DNA of 64,000 nt from Acidobacteriota bacterium (GCA_044507065.1 JBIQJY010000006.1:723-64722), one strand, 5' to 3'. Positions 7,135 to 17,273 are shown, counted from the first letter of the stretch. The notes: generated by a model not told the origin, from the sequence alone. Translations and numbers: made by a program.

Positions 7135-10011
7135 TTGGCCCTTTCCCGGCCAGCCTTGCACCAGATGTCGCACGATTGGATTGCCGTTCGCGGCGCGCGC
7201 GTTCACAACCTGAAGAACATCGACGTCGACCTGCCGCGGGATCGGCTGGTCGTCATTACCGGGCTCTCCGGGTCCGGCAAGTCGTCGCTCGCCTTTGACG
7301 CGATCTACGCAGAGGGGCAGCGCCGCTATGTCGAGTCACTGTCGGCCTACGCGCGCCAGTTCCTCGAGCAGATGGAAAAGCCGGACGTCGACCTGATCGA
7401 CGGCCTCTCGCCCGCCATTTCAATCGAGCAGAAGACCACCGCTGCCAATCCTCGCTCGACCGTCGGCACCGTCACCGAGATTGCCGACTACCTGCGCCTG
7501 CTGTTCGCGAACATTGGCGTGCCGCATTGTCCGCAATGCGATCGCGAGATCACGTCCCAGTCGCTCGAGCGCATCATGGACCTGGTGTTGCTCTATCCGC
7601 CCGATGAGCGGATCAACATCCTGGCGCCCGTCGTGCGTGGCCGGAAGGGCGAGTTCAAGAAGGAGCTCGCCGCCATTCGCGCCAAGGGGTTCACCCGCGC
7701 GCGCATCGACGGTCAGTTCGTCTCGCTCGACGATGACATCGCGCTGGATCGGCGGCGCAACCACGCCATCGACGTGCTGGTCGACCGCGTCATGGTCAAG
7801 AGCGGGGTCGAGCGCCGTATTTCCGACTCGCTCGAACTCGCGCTCAAACTGGCCGACGACATCGTCGTGATCAATACCCTTGCGGGCGGTGATCGGCTGT
7901 TCTCGCGACGGCTCGCGTGTCCGACCTGCGGCATCAGCGTGCCGGAAATGACGCCGCGGGCGTTTTCGTTCAATTCGCCCCACGGCGCGTGCCAGGCCTG
8001 TCAGGGGCTCGGGGCCGTCTACGACTTCGATCCGGCCCGCGTCGTGCCGGACCCGTCGCAGTCGCTCGCTGGTGGCGCGGTGGTGCCGTGGGCCGGCGGC
8101 GACGCGGCGCTGCTCGGGGAGATGCTCGACGGCCTCGAGCGGACGTTCGGCATCGATCCGAAGATCCCGTTCGGGAAGCTGCCGAAGAAGCAGCGCGACA
8201 TCCTTCTTCACGGCGCCCCCACGCGGCGGCTCGGGCCGCTGCGGCGCACGCAGCCGCCCAAGGATCCGTTCGGTGCGGATTTCGAAGGCGTGCTCCCCAA
8301 CCTGCGCCGGCGCTTCGAGGAAGGTGCGTGGGCCGACCAGGAGGCGCTCGAGGTCTATCGCGCGCTCCAGCCGTGCCGCGAGTGCGGCGGCGACCGGTTG
8401 CGGCCCGAAAGCCGCGCGGTCCGTGTAAAGGGCCACCGCATGGCCGACTACGTCAACGTGCCGCTGTCGCGCGCGTTGCCGCTGTTCGAGGCGCTGGAAC
8501 TGACCGAGCGCGAGCATCTCATCGCCGGACGGGTCGTGAAGGAGATCCGCGACCGCCTGCGGTTCCTCGTTGACGTTGGCGTCGGCTATCTCACCCTCGC
8601 GCGCAGTGCCGCCACGCTCTCGGGAGGTGAGGGGCAGCGCATCCGTCTGGCTACCCAGATCGGATCGCAGTTGACCGGTGTGCTCTATGTGCTCGACGAG
8701 CCGTCGATCGGGCTCCACCAGCGGGACAATCGCCGACTGCTGGCGACGCTCGGACGACTGCGCAACCTCGGGAATACGGTGCTCGTCGTCGAGCACGACG
8801 AAGAGACGATCCGCACGGCCGACTACGTCGTCGATCTCGGCCCCGGCGCGGGTGAACACGGCGGTCGCGTCATCTTCCAGGGGCCACCGCAGCATCTGAT
8901 CGCGAACCCGGGTGATTCACTCACGGGGCAATACTTGGGCGGCGCGCGGCGCATCGAACCGCCGCCTGCGCGGCGGGCGCCGACCAACGGGCAGATCACC
9001 GTGCGTGGGGCGACGGCCAATAACCTGAAGAACATCGACGTCGCGTTTCCCCTCGGTACGCTGACGGCCGTGACCGGCGTCAGCGGGTCGGGCAAGTCGA
9101 CGCTCGTCAACGAAATCCTGTATCGATCGCTGGCCCGCACGCTCTATCGCGCCATCGACGAGCCCGGCGCACACGCCGGACTGGACGGCGCCGATCTGGT
9201 CGACAAGGTGATTCAGATCGATCAATCGCCGATCGGCCGCACGCCCCGGTCGAATCCGTCTACCTACACCGGCCTGTTCACGCTGCTCCGCGAGCTGTTC
9301 GCGATGCTCCCAGACGCGCGCGCGCGCGGATACAAGGCGGGCCGGTTCTCCTTTAACGTGAAGGGCGGTCGCTGTGAGACGTGCCAGGGCGACGGAGTCA
9401 CCGCCATCGAGATGCACTTCCTGCCCGATGTCTACGTGACATGCGAAGAGTGCAAGGGCCGCCGCTACAATCGCGAGACACTCGAGATCAAGTACCGGGG
9501 CAAGTCGGTCGCCGACATGCTGGACCTGACGGTCGACCAGGCGCTTCCGCTCGTCGAGAGCTTTCCCGCGATGGCCACCAAACTGCGGACGCTCCAGGAC
9601 GTGGGGCTCGGCTACATCACACTGGGGCAGTCGGCGACGACGCTTTCGGGAGGCGAGGCGCAGCGCGTGAAACTGTCGCGTGAACTGGCTCGTCGCGCTA
9701 CGGGGCGGACGCTCTACATCCTCGATGAGCCGACGACGGGCCTGCATTTCGAGGACGTGCGCCACCTGCTCGACGTGCTGGCCAAACTCGTCGATCAAGG
9801 CAATACGGTCGTGGTCATCGAGCACAACCTCGACGTGATCAAGTCGGCCGACTGGATTCTCGAAATGGGACCGGACGGCGGTGAAGATGGCGGCCATCTC
9901 ACCGCGGCAGGCCCGCCCGAAGCCGTGGCGGCCATGGCCGATTCACCCACAGGCGCCTTCCTCGTGCCGCTGCTCGGTACGGCGGATGAGTCGTCGACGT
10001 CGGCTTCCTGA
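7135..10011 (+). CDS. uvrA: Excinuclease ABC subunit A
   Basis: 958 aa. Two ABC modules are present ([23 protein letters not shown]; [23 protein letters not shown]) along with zinc-finger cysteines. The architecture is the full-length canonical one. Confidence 0.97.
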   Translation: MALSRPALHQMSHDWIAVRGARVHNLKNIDVDLPRDRLVVITGLSGSGKSSLAFDAIYAEGQRRYVESLSAYARQFLEQMEKPDVDLIDGLSPAISIEQKTTAANPRSTVGTVTEIADYLRLLFANIGVPHCPQCDREITSQSLERIMDLVLLYPPDERINILAPVVRGRKGEFKKELAAIRAKGFTRARIDGQFVSLDDDIALDRRRNHAIDVLVDRVMVKSGVERRISDSLELALKLADDIVVINTLAGGDRLFSRRLACPTCGISVPEMTPRAFSFNSPHGACQACQGLGAVYDFDPARVVPDPSQSLAGGAVVPWAGGDAALLGEMLDGLERTFGIDPKIPFGKLPKKQRDILLHGAPTRRLGPLRRTQPPKDPFGADFEGVLPNLRRRFEEGAWADQEALEVYRALQPCRECGGDRLRPESRAVRVKGHRMADYVNVPLSRALPLFEALELTEREHLIAGRVVKEIRDRLRFLVDVGVGYLTLARSAATLSGGEGQRIRLATQIGSQLTGVLYVLDEPSIGLHQRDNRRLLATLGRLRNLGNTVLVVEHDEETIRTADYVVDLGPGAGEHGGRVIFQGPPQHLIANPGDSLTGQYLGGARRIEPPPARRAPTNGQITVRGATANNLKNIDVAFPLGTLTAVTGVSGSGKSTLVNEILYRSLARTLYRAIDEPGAHAGLDGADLVDKVIQIDQSPIGRTPRSNPSTYTGLFTLLRELFAMLPDARARGYKAGRFSFNVKGGRCETCQGDGVTAIEMHFLPDVYVTCEECKGRRYNRETLEIKYRGKSVADMLDLTVDQALPLVESFPAMATKLRTLQDVGLGYITLGQSATTLSGGEAQRVKLSRELARRATGRTLYILDEPTTGLHFEDVRHLLDVLAKLVDQGNTVVVIEHNLDVIKSADWILEMGPDGGEDGGHLTAAGPPEAVAAMADSPTGAFLVPLLGTADESSTSAS

Positions 10012-10166
10012 CAGCTGTGTCCGGGTTGACACGGTCATTTCGACCCTGACTGTGGCACTAGTGACACGATCGACACGTCTTGTCTCCCCATGACGCTCGC
10101 GTTGTCATTTTCTAAGTTGACTCAAATGAACGATTTACGAGAGTATTTACGGCGGCACGCGATGCT

Positions 10167-10182
10167 TGGCAGGCCACTTGCT
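10167..10182 (+). promoter_or_regulatory. Candidate sigma54 (-24/-12) promoter directly upstream of lpxC
   Basis: TGGCAGGCCACTTGCT against TGGCACG-N4-TTGCW. The only deviation is C->G at position 6, and the spacing is exact. There are 21 nt between the motif and the ATG at 10204. Confidence 0.45.
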
Positions 10183-10203
10183 AGGGGGTAGGGACTGGGA
10201 CGG

Positions 10204-11115
10204 ATGTCGTTGATGGCGCCACAGCGTACAGTTCGCCGGACAGTCACCTGCGCGGGAATCGGCCTCCATTCCGGCCACAAGGTGACTCTCTCTCTCAAAC
10301 CCGCTCCACCCGACACCGGCATTCGTTTCCAGCGAACGGACCTGCCCGGGCTGGAGATTCCCGCTCATGTCTCGCACCTGAGCGGACGACAGAACCTGCA
10401 GACCGGCCTGGCTGCCGACAAAGCGTCGGTTGAAACGGTCGAGCATCTGCTCGCGGCGCTCCGCAGCCTCGGCGTGGACAATGCGTGCGTCGAGCTGAAC
10501 CATCCGGAAGTCCCGATCATGGACGGCAGCGCGGCGCCGTGGGTGTACCTGATTCAGGATGCCGGCATCAAGGAACAGTCGGTGCCACGCCGCACCATAC
10601 AGGTGCTCAAGAGTATCCAGGTGCAGCAGGGCGACAAGCGCATCGCGCTCTATCCGTCGGACCGGCTGAAGATCACCTACACGATCAGCTTCGACCACCC
10701 GCTGCTGCGCCACCAGCAGAAGACGCTCGATCTCGACGAACAGGTGTTCATCGACGAGATTGCGCCCGCGCGCACGTTCGGGTTCCTCAAGGAAGTGGAG
10801 ATGCTTCGGCAGCGCGGCATGGCGCTCGGCGGATCGCTCGAGAATGCCATCGTGCTCGGCGAGACCGGCGTACTCAATCCGCTCCGCTTCGAGGACGAGT
10901 TCGTCCGCCACAAGATTCTCGACGTGATCGGGGATCTGGCGCTGGTGGGATACCCGCTGCAGGGCCACCTCGTGGTGCACCGCGGCGGGCATGCGCTGCA
11001 CACGGCGTTGGCCTCGGAACTGCTCCGCCAGCGGGATGCGTGGCAGTTCGCCGATGGCCTCTCGACCGACGGCGTGCTGGCCGCAGCGGCCGGCATCCGC
11101 GTCGCCGCCAACTGA
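10204..11115 (+). CDS. lpxC: UDP-3-O-acyl-N-acetylglucosamine deacetylase
   Basis: QRTVRRTVTCAGIGLHSGHKVTLSLKPA aligns with the E. coli LpxC N-terminus. HRGGHALH lies near the C-terminus. 303 aa. Confidence 0.95.
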   Translation: MSLMAPQRTVRRTVTCAGIGLHSGHKVTLSLKPAPPDTGIRFQRTDLPGLEIPAHVSHLSGRQNLQTGLAADKASVETVEHLLAALRSLGVDNACVELNHPEVPIMDGSAAPWVYLIQDAGIKEQSVPRRTIQVLKSIQVQQGDKRIALYPSDRLKITYTISFDHPLLRHQQKTLDLDEQVFIDEIAPARTFGFLKEVEMLRQRGMALGGSLENAIVLGETGVLNPLRFEDEFVRHKILDVIGDLALVGYPLQGHLVVHRGGHALHTALASELLRQRDAWQFADGLSTDGVLAAAAGIRVAAN

Positions 11116-11123
11116 CCTTCCGA

Positions 11124-11144
11124 CGGCGCGCCTTCCGCGCGCCG
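11124..11144. terminator. GC hairpin between the convergent lpxC and 98-aa genes (possible bidirectional terminator)
   Basis: CGGCGCGC-cttcc-GCGCGCCG, an 8-bp perfect stem. No clear U-tract. Confidence 0.4.
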
Positions 11145-11154
11145 CCCGACTCAC

Positions 11155-11451
11155 TCACTGATCCTGTGATTCGGCGTCCGGCTCGGTCGTCCGGATTGCC
11201 TTGCGCACGAGCGCCGTCATGCGCTCGTTCTCGAACCGATTGAAACTCATGAAGAGACTCTCCTTGAGGTAGGTCCGCAGGTCCTCGAGGGTGAGCTGGT
11301 CGATCACGTGCTCGAACTCGCGCGCAACCTCCTCGAATCCGTAGTCGAGTTCATGACGCCGGGTGAGGTCGCGCGATACCGTCTCGATGACGGCCAGAAC
11401 GTCGCCGTCCAGTTCGATAGCCGTGCCGGATGCCGTGGTGATGGTGCGCAT
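11155..11451 (-). CDS. Hypothetical acidic 98-aa protein, last gene of the ECF-STAS operon
   Basis: Third-position GC is high. The ATG lies 3 nt after the STAS stop. I recognise no motif, and there is no TM segment or signal peptide. Confidence 0.6.
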   Translation of the reverse strand: MRTITTASGTAIELDGDVLAVIETVSRDLTRRHELDYGFEEVAREFEHVIDQLTLEDLRTYLKESLFMSFNRFENERMTALVRKAIRTTEPDAESQDQ

Positions 11452-11454
11452 GGC

Positions 11455-11796
11455 CTACGCTCCGAAGCTGGCCAGCGCCGCCGGCCGGTCTGCGAAGACC
11501 TCGAGAAAATGGTGTGCGCCGGTCATCGTGAGCATCGTCTCCACGCGCTTCTGCACACCGGCCAGCTTGAGCTGCCCGCCCCCGGTCGTCGCCTGCCGGT
11601 ACAGGTCCATCAGGCAGCCGATGGTCGCGCTGTCCACGTAGTTGACGACCGCCAGGTCGATGACGACCTTCTTCTCGCCCCGCTCGATCAGATCGGCTGC
11701 CGCCGCGGCGAAGTCGGCCAGCACCGGGTAGGTCAGGCGATTCTCGTGCACGGCGAGCACGACGACGCCGTCGTGATGAGAGGTGGTGACATTCAT
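11455..11796 (-). CDS. STAS-domain anti-sigma-factor antagonist (SpoIIAA/RsbV-like)
   Basis: 113 aa with VVIDLAVVNYVDSATIGCL (conserved DS phospho-site context). The fold length is typical. There is an ATGA overlap with the sigma gene. Confidence 0.85.
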   Translation of the reverse strand: MNVTTSHHDGVVVLAVHENRLTYPVLADFAAAAADLIERGEKKVVIDLAVVNYVDSATIGCLMDLYRQATTGGGQLKLAGVQKRVETMLTMTGAHHFLEVFADRPAALASFGA

Positions 11797-12437
11797 TCGG
11801 GTCCTCCTGCCGTTGCATTCCGGTCATCGACGAACGGTTGACCCTGCAGACGGCGTACCTGTCGGGCGAGTTCCAGGCGCCCGCGATTGATGCGCGACTT
11901 GACGGTACCTTCGGGAATCTGCAGCCGCGTGGCAATTTCGAGGTACGAAAAATCCTGCAGGTCGCGCAGCACGACGGCCTCCCGCAGCGTCGGCGGCAGT
12001 TCGCCGAGCGCGGCGCGGACCAGCTCGCGCACGTCGCGCTCCTCGAGCTGGCCGTGCGGACCGCGTTCGCGTGCCGACGGCGTCAGCGTCGAGGCGTCCA
12101 CGTCGCGGGCCATGGTCTCGCGTTCCTTGCGGCGGCTCCGGTAGTGGTCGATGCAGAGATTGCGGCTGATGCTGACGAGCCATGTCTGGAAGTTGGCGCG
12201 CCGATCGAACGTATGGAGCGCCTTGAAGATCCGCAGGAAGATGTCCTGCGTCAGATCTTCCGCCTCGTCATGACGCCCGACGAACTTGTAGGCGACATTG
12301 AAGACCTTCCGCCAGTGCAGTCGAACGATCTCGGCCCAGGCCTCCTGATCGCCGGCCAGGCAGCGCTCGACCAACTCGTCGATTGCGGGGTTGGGCGCAA
12401 CCGGATTCGCGACAGGGGGAACATCACTGGAAGACAT
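11793..12437 (-). CDS. ECF (group 4) RNA polymerase sigma factor
   Basis: Region 2 is DLTQDIFLRIFKALHTFD...FQTWLVSISRNLCIDHYR. Region 4 is LREAVVLRDLQDFSYLEIATRLQIPEGTVKSRINRGR. Only a short linker separates them, with no region 3. I chose the start at MSSSD (ATG 12437); the longer ORF to 12878 overlaps lysA. Confidence 0.9.
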   Translation of the reverse strand: MSSSDVPPVANPVAPNPAIDELVERCLAGDQEAWAEIVRLHWRKVFNVAYKFVGRHDEAEDLTQDIFLRIFKALHTFDRRANFQTWLVSISRNLCIDHYRSRRKERETMARDVDASTLTPSARERGPHGQLEERDVRELVRAALGELPPTLREAVVLRDLQDFSYLEIATRLQIPEGTVKSRINRGRLELARQVRRLQGQPFVDDRNATAGGPE

Positions 12438-12530
12438 GCCGGAATCCGGGCGACGTGCGGCATCATAACAAACCTCGCCGCCGGGGCGAGATGCGCCGTG
12501 GCCATCGCCCGGAGTACAATTCACGGTTCT

Positions 12531-13775
12531 GTGACTGGTTTCAGCGTTCTCGACAACGTCCTCGCCTGCGACGGGGTGCCTCTCGACGGGATTGCCCGTG
12601 ACGCCGGCACGCCCTGCTACGTCTACAGCGCCGCACTCATCGCCGAACGCTACACGACGCTCGACCGCGCGCTCTCCGTCGTGCCTCATCGGCTGCACTA
12701 CGCGCTCAAGGCCAATTCGACGCTCGCCATCGTGCGCCAGTTGCGAGAGCTCGGCGCGTCGGCCGACGTCAACTCGGCCGGCGAACTCGAGGTAGCCCTG
12801 CGTGCCGGGTTCACCCCCGACCAGATCGTGATGACCGGCGTCGGCAAGACCCGCGCGGAGATCGACCGTGCCGTGCACGTCGGGGTGGCGGCCATCAACG
12901 CCGAGTCATTCGGCGAGATCGACCGGATCTCGGCCATTGCCGTGGCCGCGGGCCGCGAGGCGCGCATTGCCGTCCGCATCAATCCGGATGTCGAGGCCGG
13001 CAGTCATCCGCACATCTCCACGGGGTCGAAAGCAACGAAGTTCGGCGTCTCGCTCGACGACGCCCGAGCGATGATTCGCGAGCTCACCCGGCGTCCGGGA
13101 TTGCGTCTTGTCGGCCTGCACGTGCACGTCGGCTCGCAGATCACGAGCCCCGAGCCACTTGCCCGTGGTGCGGCGATCGTGGCCGCGCTGGCGCGGGAAT
13201 TGATGGCCGGCGGGGTGCCGCTCGAGCACCTCGACCTGGGCGGCGGGCTGGGCATTCCCTACCGGCCGGGCGAGCCGGTTGTCGAGCCGGCCGCCTATGC
13301 GGCCGCGATCGCGCCGGCCGTGCGCGAGACAGGCCTGACAATCCTCTTCGAACCAGGGCGCTGGATCGTCGGGCCCTGTGGCGTGCTCCTGGCCGAAGTC
13401 GTCGACCTCAAGCCGCGCGCCGATGGCGGCGTGTTCGTCATCGTCGACGCGGGCATGACCGATCTCATTCGGCCGGCGCTCTACGGCGCCTGGCACCAGA
13501 TCGAGGCCGTGGCCCCGCGTCCCGGTCCGTCCATCAGTGCGGACGTGGTCGGCCCGGTGTGCGAAACATCCGACACGTTCGCCACGGCACGTCCGCTCAC
13601 GCCCGTCGAGGTCGGCGACCTCCTTGCGATTCGCGACGCGGGCGCCTACAGCTCGGTCATGGCCTCGAACTACAACCGGCGAACGATGGCCGCCGAGGTG
13701 CTCGTCGAGGACGGCACGGGGCGGATCGTTCGCCGCCGGCAGACGATCGACGATCTCCTGCAGTGGGAAGCGTGA
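12531..13775 (+). CDS. lysA: Diaminopimelate decarboxylase
   Basis: TPCYVYS, YALKANS (PLP Lys), GLHVHVGSQ, LDLGGGLGIPY, CETSD and AGAYSSVMASNYN. I chose the GTG start at 12531; upstream ORF sequence is the antisense of the sigma gene. Confidence 0.9.
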   Translation: MTGFSVLDNVLACDGVPLDGIARDAGTPCYVYSAALIAERYTTLDRALSVVPHRLHYALKANSTLAIVRQLRELGASADVNSAGELEVALRAGFTPDQIVMTGVGKTRAEIDRAVHVGVAAINAESFGEIDRISAIAVAAGREARIAVRINPDVEAGSHPHISTGSKATKFGVSLDDARAMIRELTRRPGLRLVGLHVHVGSQITSPEPLARGAAIVAALARELMAGGVPLEHLDLGGGLGIPYRPGEPVVEPAAYAAAIAPAVRETGLTILFEPGRWIVGPCGVLLAEVVDLKPRADGGVFVIVDAGMTDLIRPALYGAWHQIEAVAPRPGPSISADVVGPVCETSDTFATARPLTPVEVGDLLAIRDAGAYSSVMASNYNRRTMAAEVLVEDGTGRIVRRRQTIDDLLQWEA

Positions 13776-14368
13776 TGCTCATCGCGTTCGAAGGTCTGGA
13801 TCAAAGCGGGAAGGAAACGCAGGCGCGGCACCTGCGCGCGCGACTGCAGCAGGAGGGCCGCGTGGTCCGGGCCGCGTCGTTTCCCGACTACGACACGCCC
13901 ATCGGTCGCGAGATTCGCGAAGCCCTGGCGGGCGATCGCCACTTCGGTCCCGAGGTGATGCAGCTGCTCTATGTGGCGAACCGGTTCGAGTACAAGCCGC
14001 GCCTGGACAGCTGGCTCGCCGCGGGCGACGTGGTTGTCTGCGATCGTTATCGTGCGTCGAGCGTGGCGTACGGAGAGGCTATGGGGCTCGACCCGGACTG
14101 GCTGCAGCTGATCCAGCAACACCTGCCCGAGCCCAGCCTGACGATCTTCCTCGACATTGCGCCCGAGACAGCGGTCGAGCGCAAGAAGACCGGGCGCGAC
14201 CGGTTCGAACGCGATCTGGCGCTGCTCGGCCGCGTGCGCGAAAGTTACCGGCGCCAGGCTGCAGCGCCAGGCTGGGTCGTCATCGATGCCGAACAGCCGA
14301 AGGAAGCCGTGAGTGCGGATGTGACGCGTGTCGTGGCGTCAGTGCTCGCGCCGCCGTCAACGCCCTGA
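13775..14368 (+). CDS. tmk: Thymidylate kinase
   Basis: MLIAFEGLDQSGKETQ (P-loop), DRYRASSVAYG and the lid region. TGATG overlap with the lysA stop. Confidence 0.9.
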   Translation: MLIAFEGLDQSGKETQARHLRARLQQEGRVVRAASFPDYDTPIGREIREALAGDRHFGPEVMQLLYVANRFEYKPRLDSWLAAGDVVVCDRYRASSVAYGEAMGLDPDWLQLIQQHLPEPSLTIFLDIAPETAVERKKTGRDRFERDLALLGRVRESYRRQAAAPGWVVIDAEQPKEAVSADVTRVVASVLAPPSTP

Positions 14369-15071
14369 CGCTTCCTACGCCCGCCTCCGCCAGCACGCGA
14401 CTGCACGCGTCGAGCGTCGCGCCCGTCGTCATCACATCGTCAATCAGCACGACGGTGCTGCGTCGCAATCTGTCGGCCGGCGGGCCTCCCGTGGCCATCG
14501 AGAGCAGGAAACGCCGCGCAAATGCCCGCTCGACATTCGACCGCCTGTCGCGACCACTGAGCCTCGACTGCGGGGGGCCATGGCGCGACCGGCGAAGGAT
14601 GCGCCAGACCGGCAGGCCGATGTGGCGCGCGAGATCGTCGGATTGATTGAAGCCGCGATGCACCGCGCGCCATGGGTGCAGGGGCACGGGCACCACGGCG
14701 TCGGCGCCGACCAGGACCTCGGCGCCAGCGGCGGACATGAGCGCCGCCAGCGGGGCCGCGAGCGTCCGACGCCGCTCGAACTTGAAGGCGTGAATGGCGG
14801 CGCGCAGGGAACCCGCGTAGATGCCGGCGCTGCGCGCCACCTCGAAGCCAGGCGGCGCTTCCAGGCACCGCAAACACACCCTGAAGGGCCCGGTTGAAGG
14901 CGGGAGGGAATCACCGCAGAGATCGCAGAGCGGAGGCGTGAGCCGGGGCACGGCGGTCCAGCACGCCGCGCACACGGCGCCGTCGAGCGGCCGCACGAGT
15001 GGCGCGTGGCACGACGCGCAGGCGGGTGCGAGCAGCAGGCGCACGAGCGCATTGGCGGTCTCCGACAGCAT
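14280..15071 (-). CDS. comF: ComF-family phosphoribosyltransferase-like protein
   Basis: N-terminal Cys-rich zinc ribbon (CASC...CAAC...CDLCG...CLRC) and the PRT motif VVLIDDVMTTGATL. Confidence 0.8.
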   Translation of the reverse strand: MLSETANALVRLLLAPACASCHAPLVRPLDGAVCAACWTAVPRLTPPLCDLCGDSLPPSTGPFRVCLRCLEAPPGFEVARSAGIYAGSLRAAIHAFKFERRRTLAAPLAALMSAAGAEVLVGADAVVPVPLHPWRAVHRGFNQSDDLARHIGLPVWRILRRSRHGPPQSRLSGRDRRSNVERAFARRFLLSMATGGPPADRLRRSTVVLIDDVMTTGATLDACSRVLAEAGVGSVRALTAARALTPRHASHPHSRLPSAVRHR

Positions 15072-15181
15072 GACGCAGGCCCACGCCGCGTCAGTGCAAA
15101 GGCGCTGCCGTCGTCGCCCGCCCGTGCTTGCCTTCCGACCCGGGTGCGGCGTTGCAGTTTCCGCAACACCGCGCGTTGCGG

Positions 15182-15571
15182 TCAGGCAGGAAGTTCAATA
15201 CGTTCGGCGTCGCCCCAGAGTCGTTCGAGGCCGTAGAACTCGCGTGTGGCGGGCGTGAAGATGTGGAAGATGAAGTCGAAGTAGTCGATCAGAATCCACT
15301 CGGCGCGCGCCTCGCCTTCGACCAGGGTCGGCTTGAGTCCCTTCTTCCCGATGGCCGCCTGGATTCCGTCGGCCACCGCCTGCACCTGGCGCGTGTTGGC
15401 CCCCGTGAGGATGATGAAGAAGTCGGTGAACGCATGGCTCTTGCGCAGATCGAGGACGACCGGGTCGAGCGCCTTCTTGTCGAGCGCGGCGGCCAGGCCC
15501 GTCGCGATCTCGCTCGGCAGCCCGGGCAGCGAACGACGTTTTCCGGTGCGCTTCGGGAGTGTGGTGCTCAT
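15182..15571 (-). CDS. rsfS: Ribosome silencing factor
   Basis: FTDFFIILTGANTRQVQAVAD...WILIDYFDFIFHIF is the RsfS/iojap signature. Confidence 0.9.
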   Translation of the reverse strand: MSTTLPKRTGKRRSLPGLPSEIATGLAAALDKKALDPVVLDLRKSHAFTDFFIILTGANTRQVQAVADGIQAAIGKKGLKPTLVEGEARAEWILIDYFDFIFHIFTPATREFYGLERLWGDAERIELPA

Positions 15572-16227
15572 TCGAACGAAGTCTCCGATGTGGCGCGATC
15601 TCGATAGAGGCCGTGCCGGATCGCGTGCGACACGACCGACGCGGGGACCCGCCCCGTCATGTCGTCTCCGCCGGACAGCAGGCGGCGCGCGTCGGTGGCC
15701 GATACGTCGGCCGTAGGTGCGTCCACCAAGAAGATACCCGGGGTGCCACCGTCAATGCACGGCGCGTCATGCATCCGCGGCGCCAGTTCTGGCAACGCCT
15801 GGCGAAGCGACTGGACGGGTTGTCCCGGCCTCGACACGACGATGAATCGCGAGCGATCGAGCAGGTCGGCGTACCGATGCCAGGTCCGGATCTCGCAGAA
15901 GGTGTCGGCTCCGGCAATGAAGAACACGGGCCGCTCGATAAGGGGGAACCGCTTCTCGACGCGGTCGAGTGTTTCGACCGTATACGACGGTCCCTCGGCT
16001 TCCATCTCCACGTCGCAGACGCGCAGGCCGTTCTCTCCCGCGATGGCCATGGCGACCATCGCGAAGCGGTGCGCGGCCGACGCACCCGGCTGCCCACGGT
16101 GGGGAGGCCGGCGCGCGGGAACGAACCACACCTCGTCGAGCTGCATGTATGTGCGCGCAACTCGAGCCACGCCGAGATGGCCGTTGTGCACCGGATCGAA
16201 CGTGCCACCGAAGAGCCCGACCCTCAC
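15568..16227 (-). CDS. nadD: Nicotinate-nucleotide adenylyltransferase
   Basis: [14 protein letters not shown] motif. I prefer the GTG start at 16227, which gives a GTGA overlap with the obg stop. An upstream in-frame start at 16275 is possible. Confidence 0.85.
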   Translation of the reverse strand: MRVGLFGGTFDPVHNGHLGVARVARTYMQLDEVWFVPARRPPHRGQPGASAAHRFAMVAMAIAGENGLRVCDVEMEAEGPSYTVETLDRVEKRFPLIERPVFFIAGADTFCEIRTWHRYADLLDRSRFIVVSRPGQPVQSLRQALPELAPRMHDAPCIDGGTPGIFLVDAPTADVSATDARRLLSGGDDMTGRVPASVVSHAIRHGLYRDRATSETSFE

Positions 16228-17273
16228 GGTTCCGCCTGGACGTGCTGTTCCTGGCTGGCGGCAACTTCGCGCCACATCGCCTCGAGCAGCGCGGGAATGC
16301 CCTCGCCGGTGGCGGCCGAGATCGCGAAGAAGGGCAGTCCCAGATGCTCGATATGTGCGCGCAGCCGCGCAAGTCGCTCGGGGTCGTCGAGTGCATCGAC
16401 CTTGCTGGCGGCCACCAGCTGCGGCTTGCCCGCCAGCGGCGCGCGGTCGTCGTCGGCGGCCTTGAACAGGTCGAGCTCGCGCGAGATGACGTCGAAGTCG
16501 TCGACCGGGTCGCGGTCGCTCATCGACGAGACGTCGATGAGGTGGACAAGGACCTTCGTCCGTTCGAGGTGCGCCAGGAAGCGCGTGCCGAGCCCGTGCC
16601 CCTCGTGCGCCCCCTCAATCAGGCCGGGCACGTCGGCCACCACGAACGATCGCTCATCACTCAACTCGACGACGCCGAGGTTGGGTGTCAGCGTCGTGAA
16701 GGGGTAGTCGGCAATCTTCGGTCGCGCCGCGGAGATTCGTGCGATGAGCGTGCTCTTGCCCGCGTTGGGGTAGCCCACCAGCCCGACGTCGGCGAGCAGC
16801 TTCAGGCGGAGGCGCAGCGTTCGTTCCTCGCCTGGCGTGCCGGGTTCGGTCCGCCGCGGCGCGCGATTGGTGGCGGTGGCGAACGCCGCGTTGCCCCGGC
16901 CGCCCCGGCCGCCCCGGGCGACCAGCACGCGCTGCCCGACTTCTGTCAGGTCGGCCAGCTGGATGAGGCCGTCCGGCCCCGCCTCGTAGGCCACCGTGCC
17001 GGGCGGCACTTCGAGTTCGAGGTCGGGAGCCGTCTTGCCGGTACAGTTCGAACCCATCCCGTGCTGACCGCGGGCGGCCCTGAAGAGGGGATGATACCGA
17101 TAGGTGACGAGGGTGTTCTGGTGCGGGCTGGCGACCAGGTAGATGGAACCACCGTGGCCGCCGTCGCCGCCGCTCGGACCGCCGCGCGGCACCCGCATCT
17201 CGCGGCGGAATGCCATGCAGCCGTTGCCGCCGGCGCCGGCTTGAACGTGGATGTCGACTTCGTCGACGAACAT
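16224..17273 (-). CDS. obg: GTPase Obg/CgtA
   Basis: [25 protein letters not shown] is the Obg fold. G motifs are [18 protein letters not shown] and SKVD. Confidence 0.95.
   Translation of the reverse strand: MFVDEVDIHVQAGAGGNGCMAFRREMRVPRGGPSGGDGGHGGSIYLVASPHQNTLVTYRYHPLFRAARGQHGMGSNCTGKTAPDLELEVPPGTVAYEAGPDGLIQLADLTEVGQRVLVARGGRGGRGNAAFATATNRAPRRTEPGTPGEERTLRLRLKLLADVGLVGYPNAGKSTLIARISAARPKIADYPFTTLTPNLGVVELSDERSFVVADVPGLIEGAHEGHGLGTRFLAHLERTKVLVHLIDVSSMSDRDPVDDFDVISRELDLFKAADDDRAPLAGKPQLVAASKVDALDDPERLARLRAHIEHLGLPFFAISAATGEGIPALLEAMWREVAASQEQHVQAEP

Noticed and set aside
11838-12530. N-terminal extensions of ORF-track entries. Examples are lysA from 11838, tmk from 13559, dprA from 19000, xerC from 23671, ECF from 30167, hslV from 35394, CT from 39395, BCCP from 42099, Omp85 from 46872, GT4 genes from 52220 and 54336, and the sigma gene from 12878.
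   Set aside because: The extensions overlap the preceding gene or an opposite-strand gene and lack family similarity. Internal starts give canonical N-termini or signal peptides, often with ATGA/TGATG coupling.
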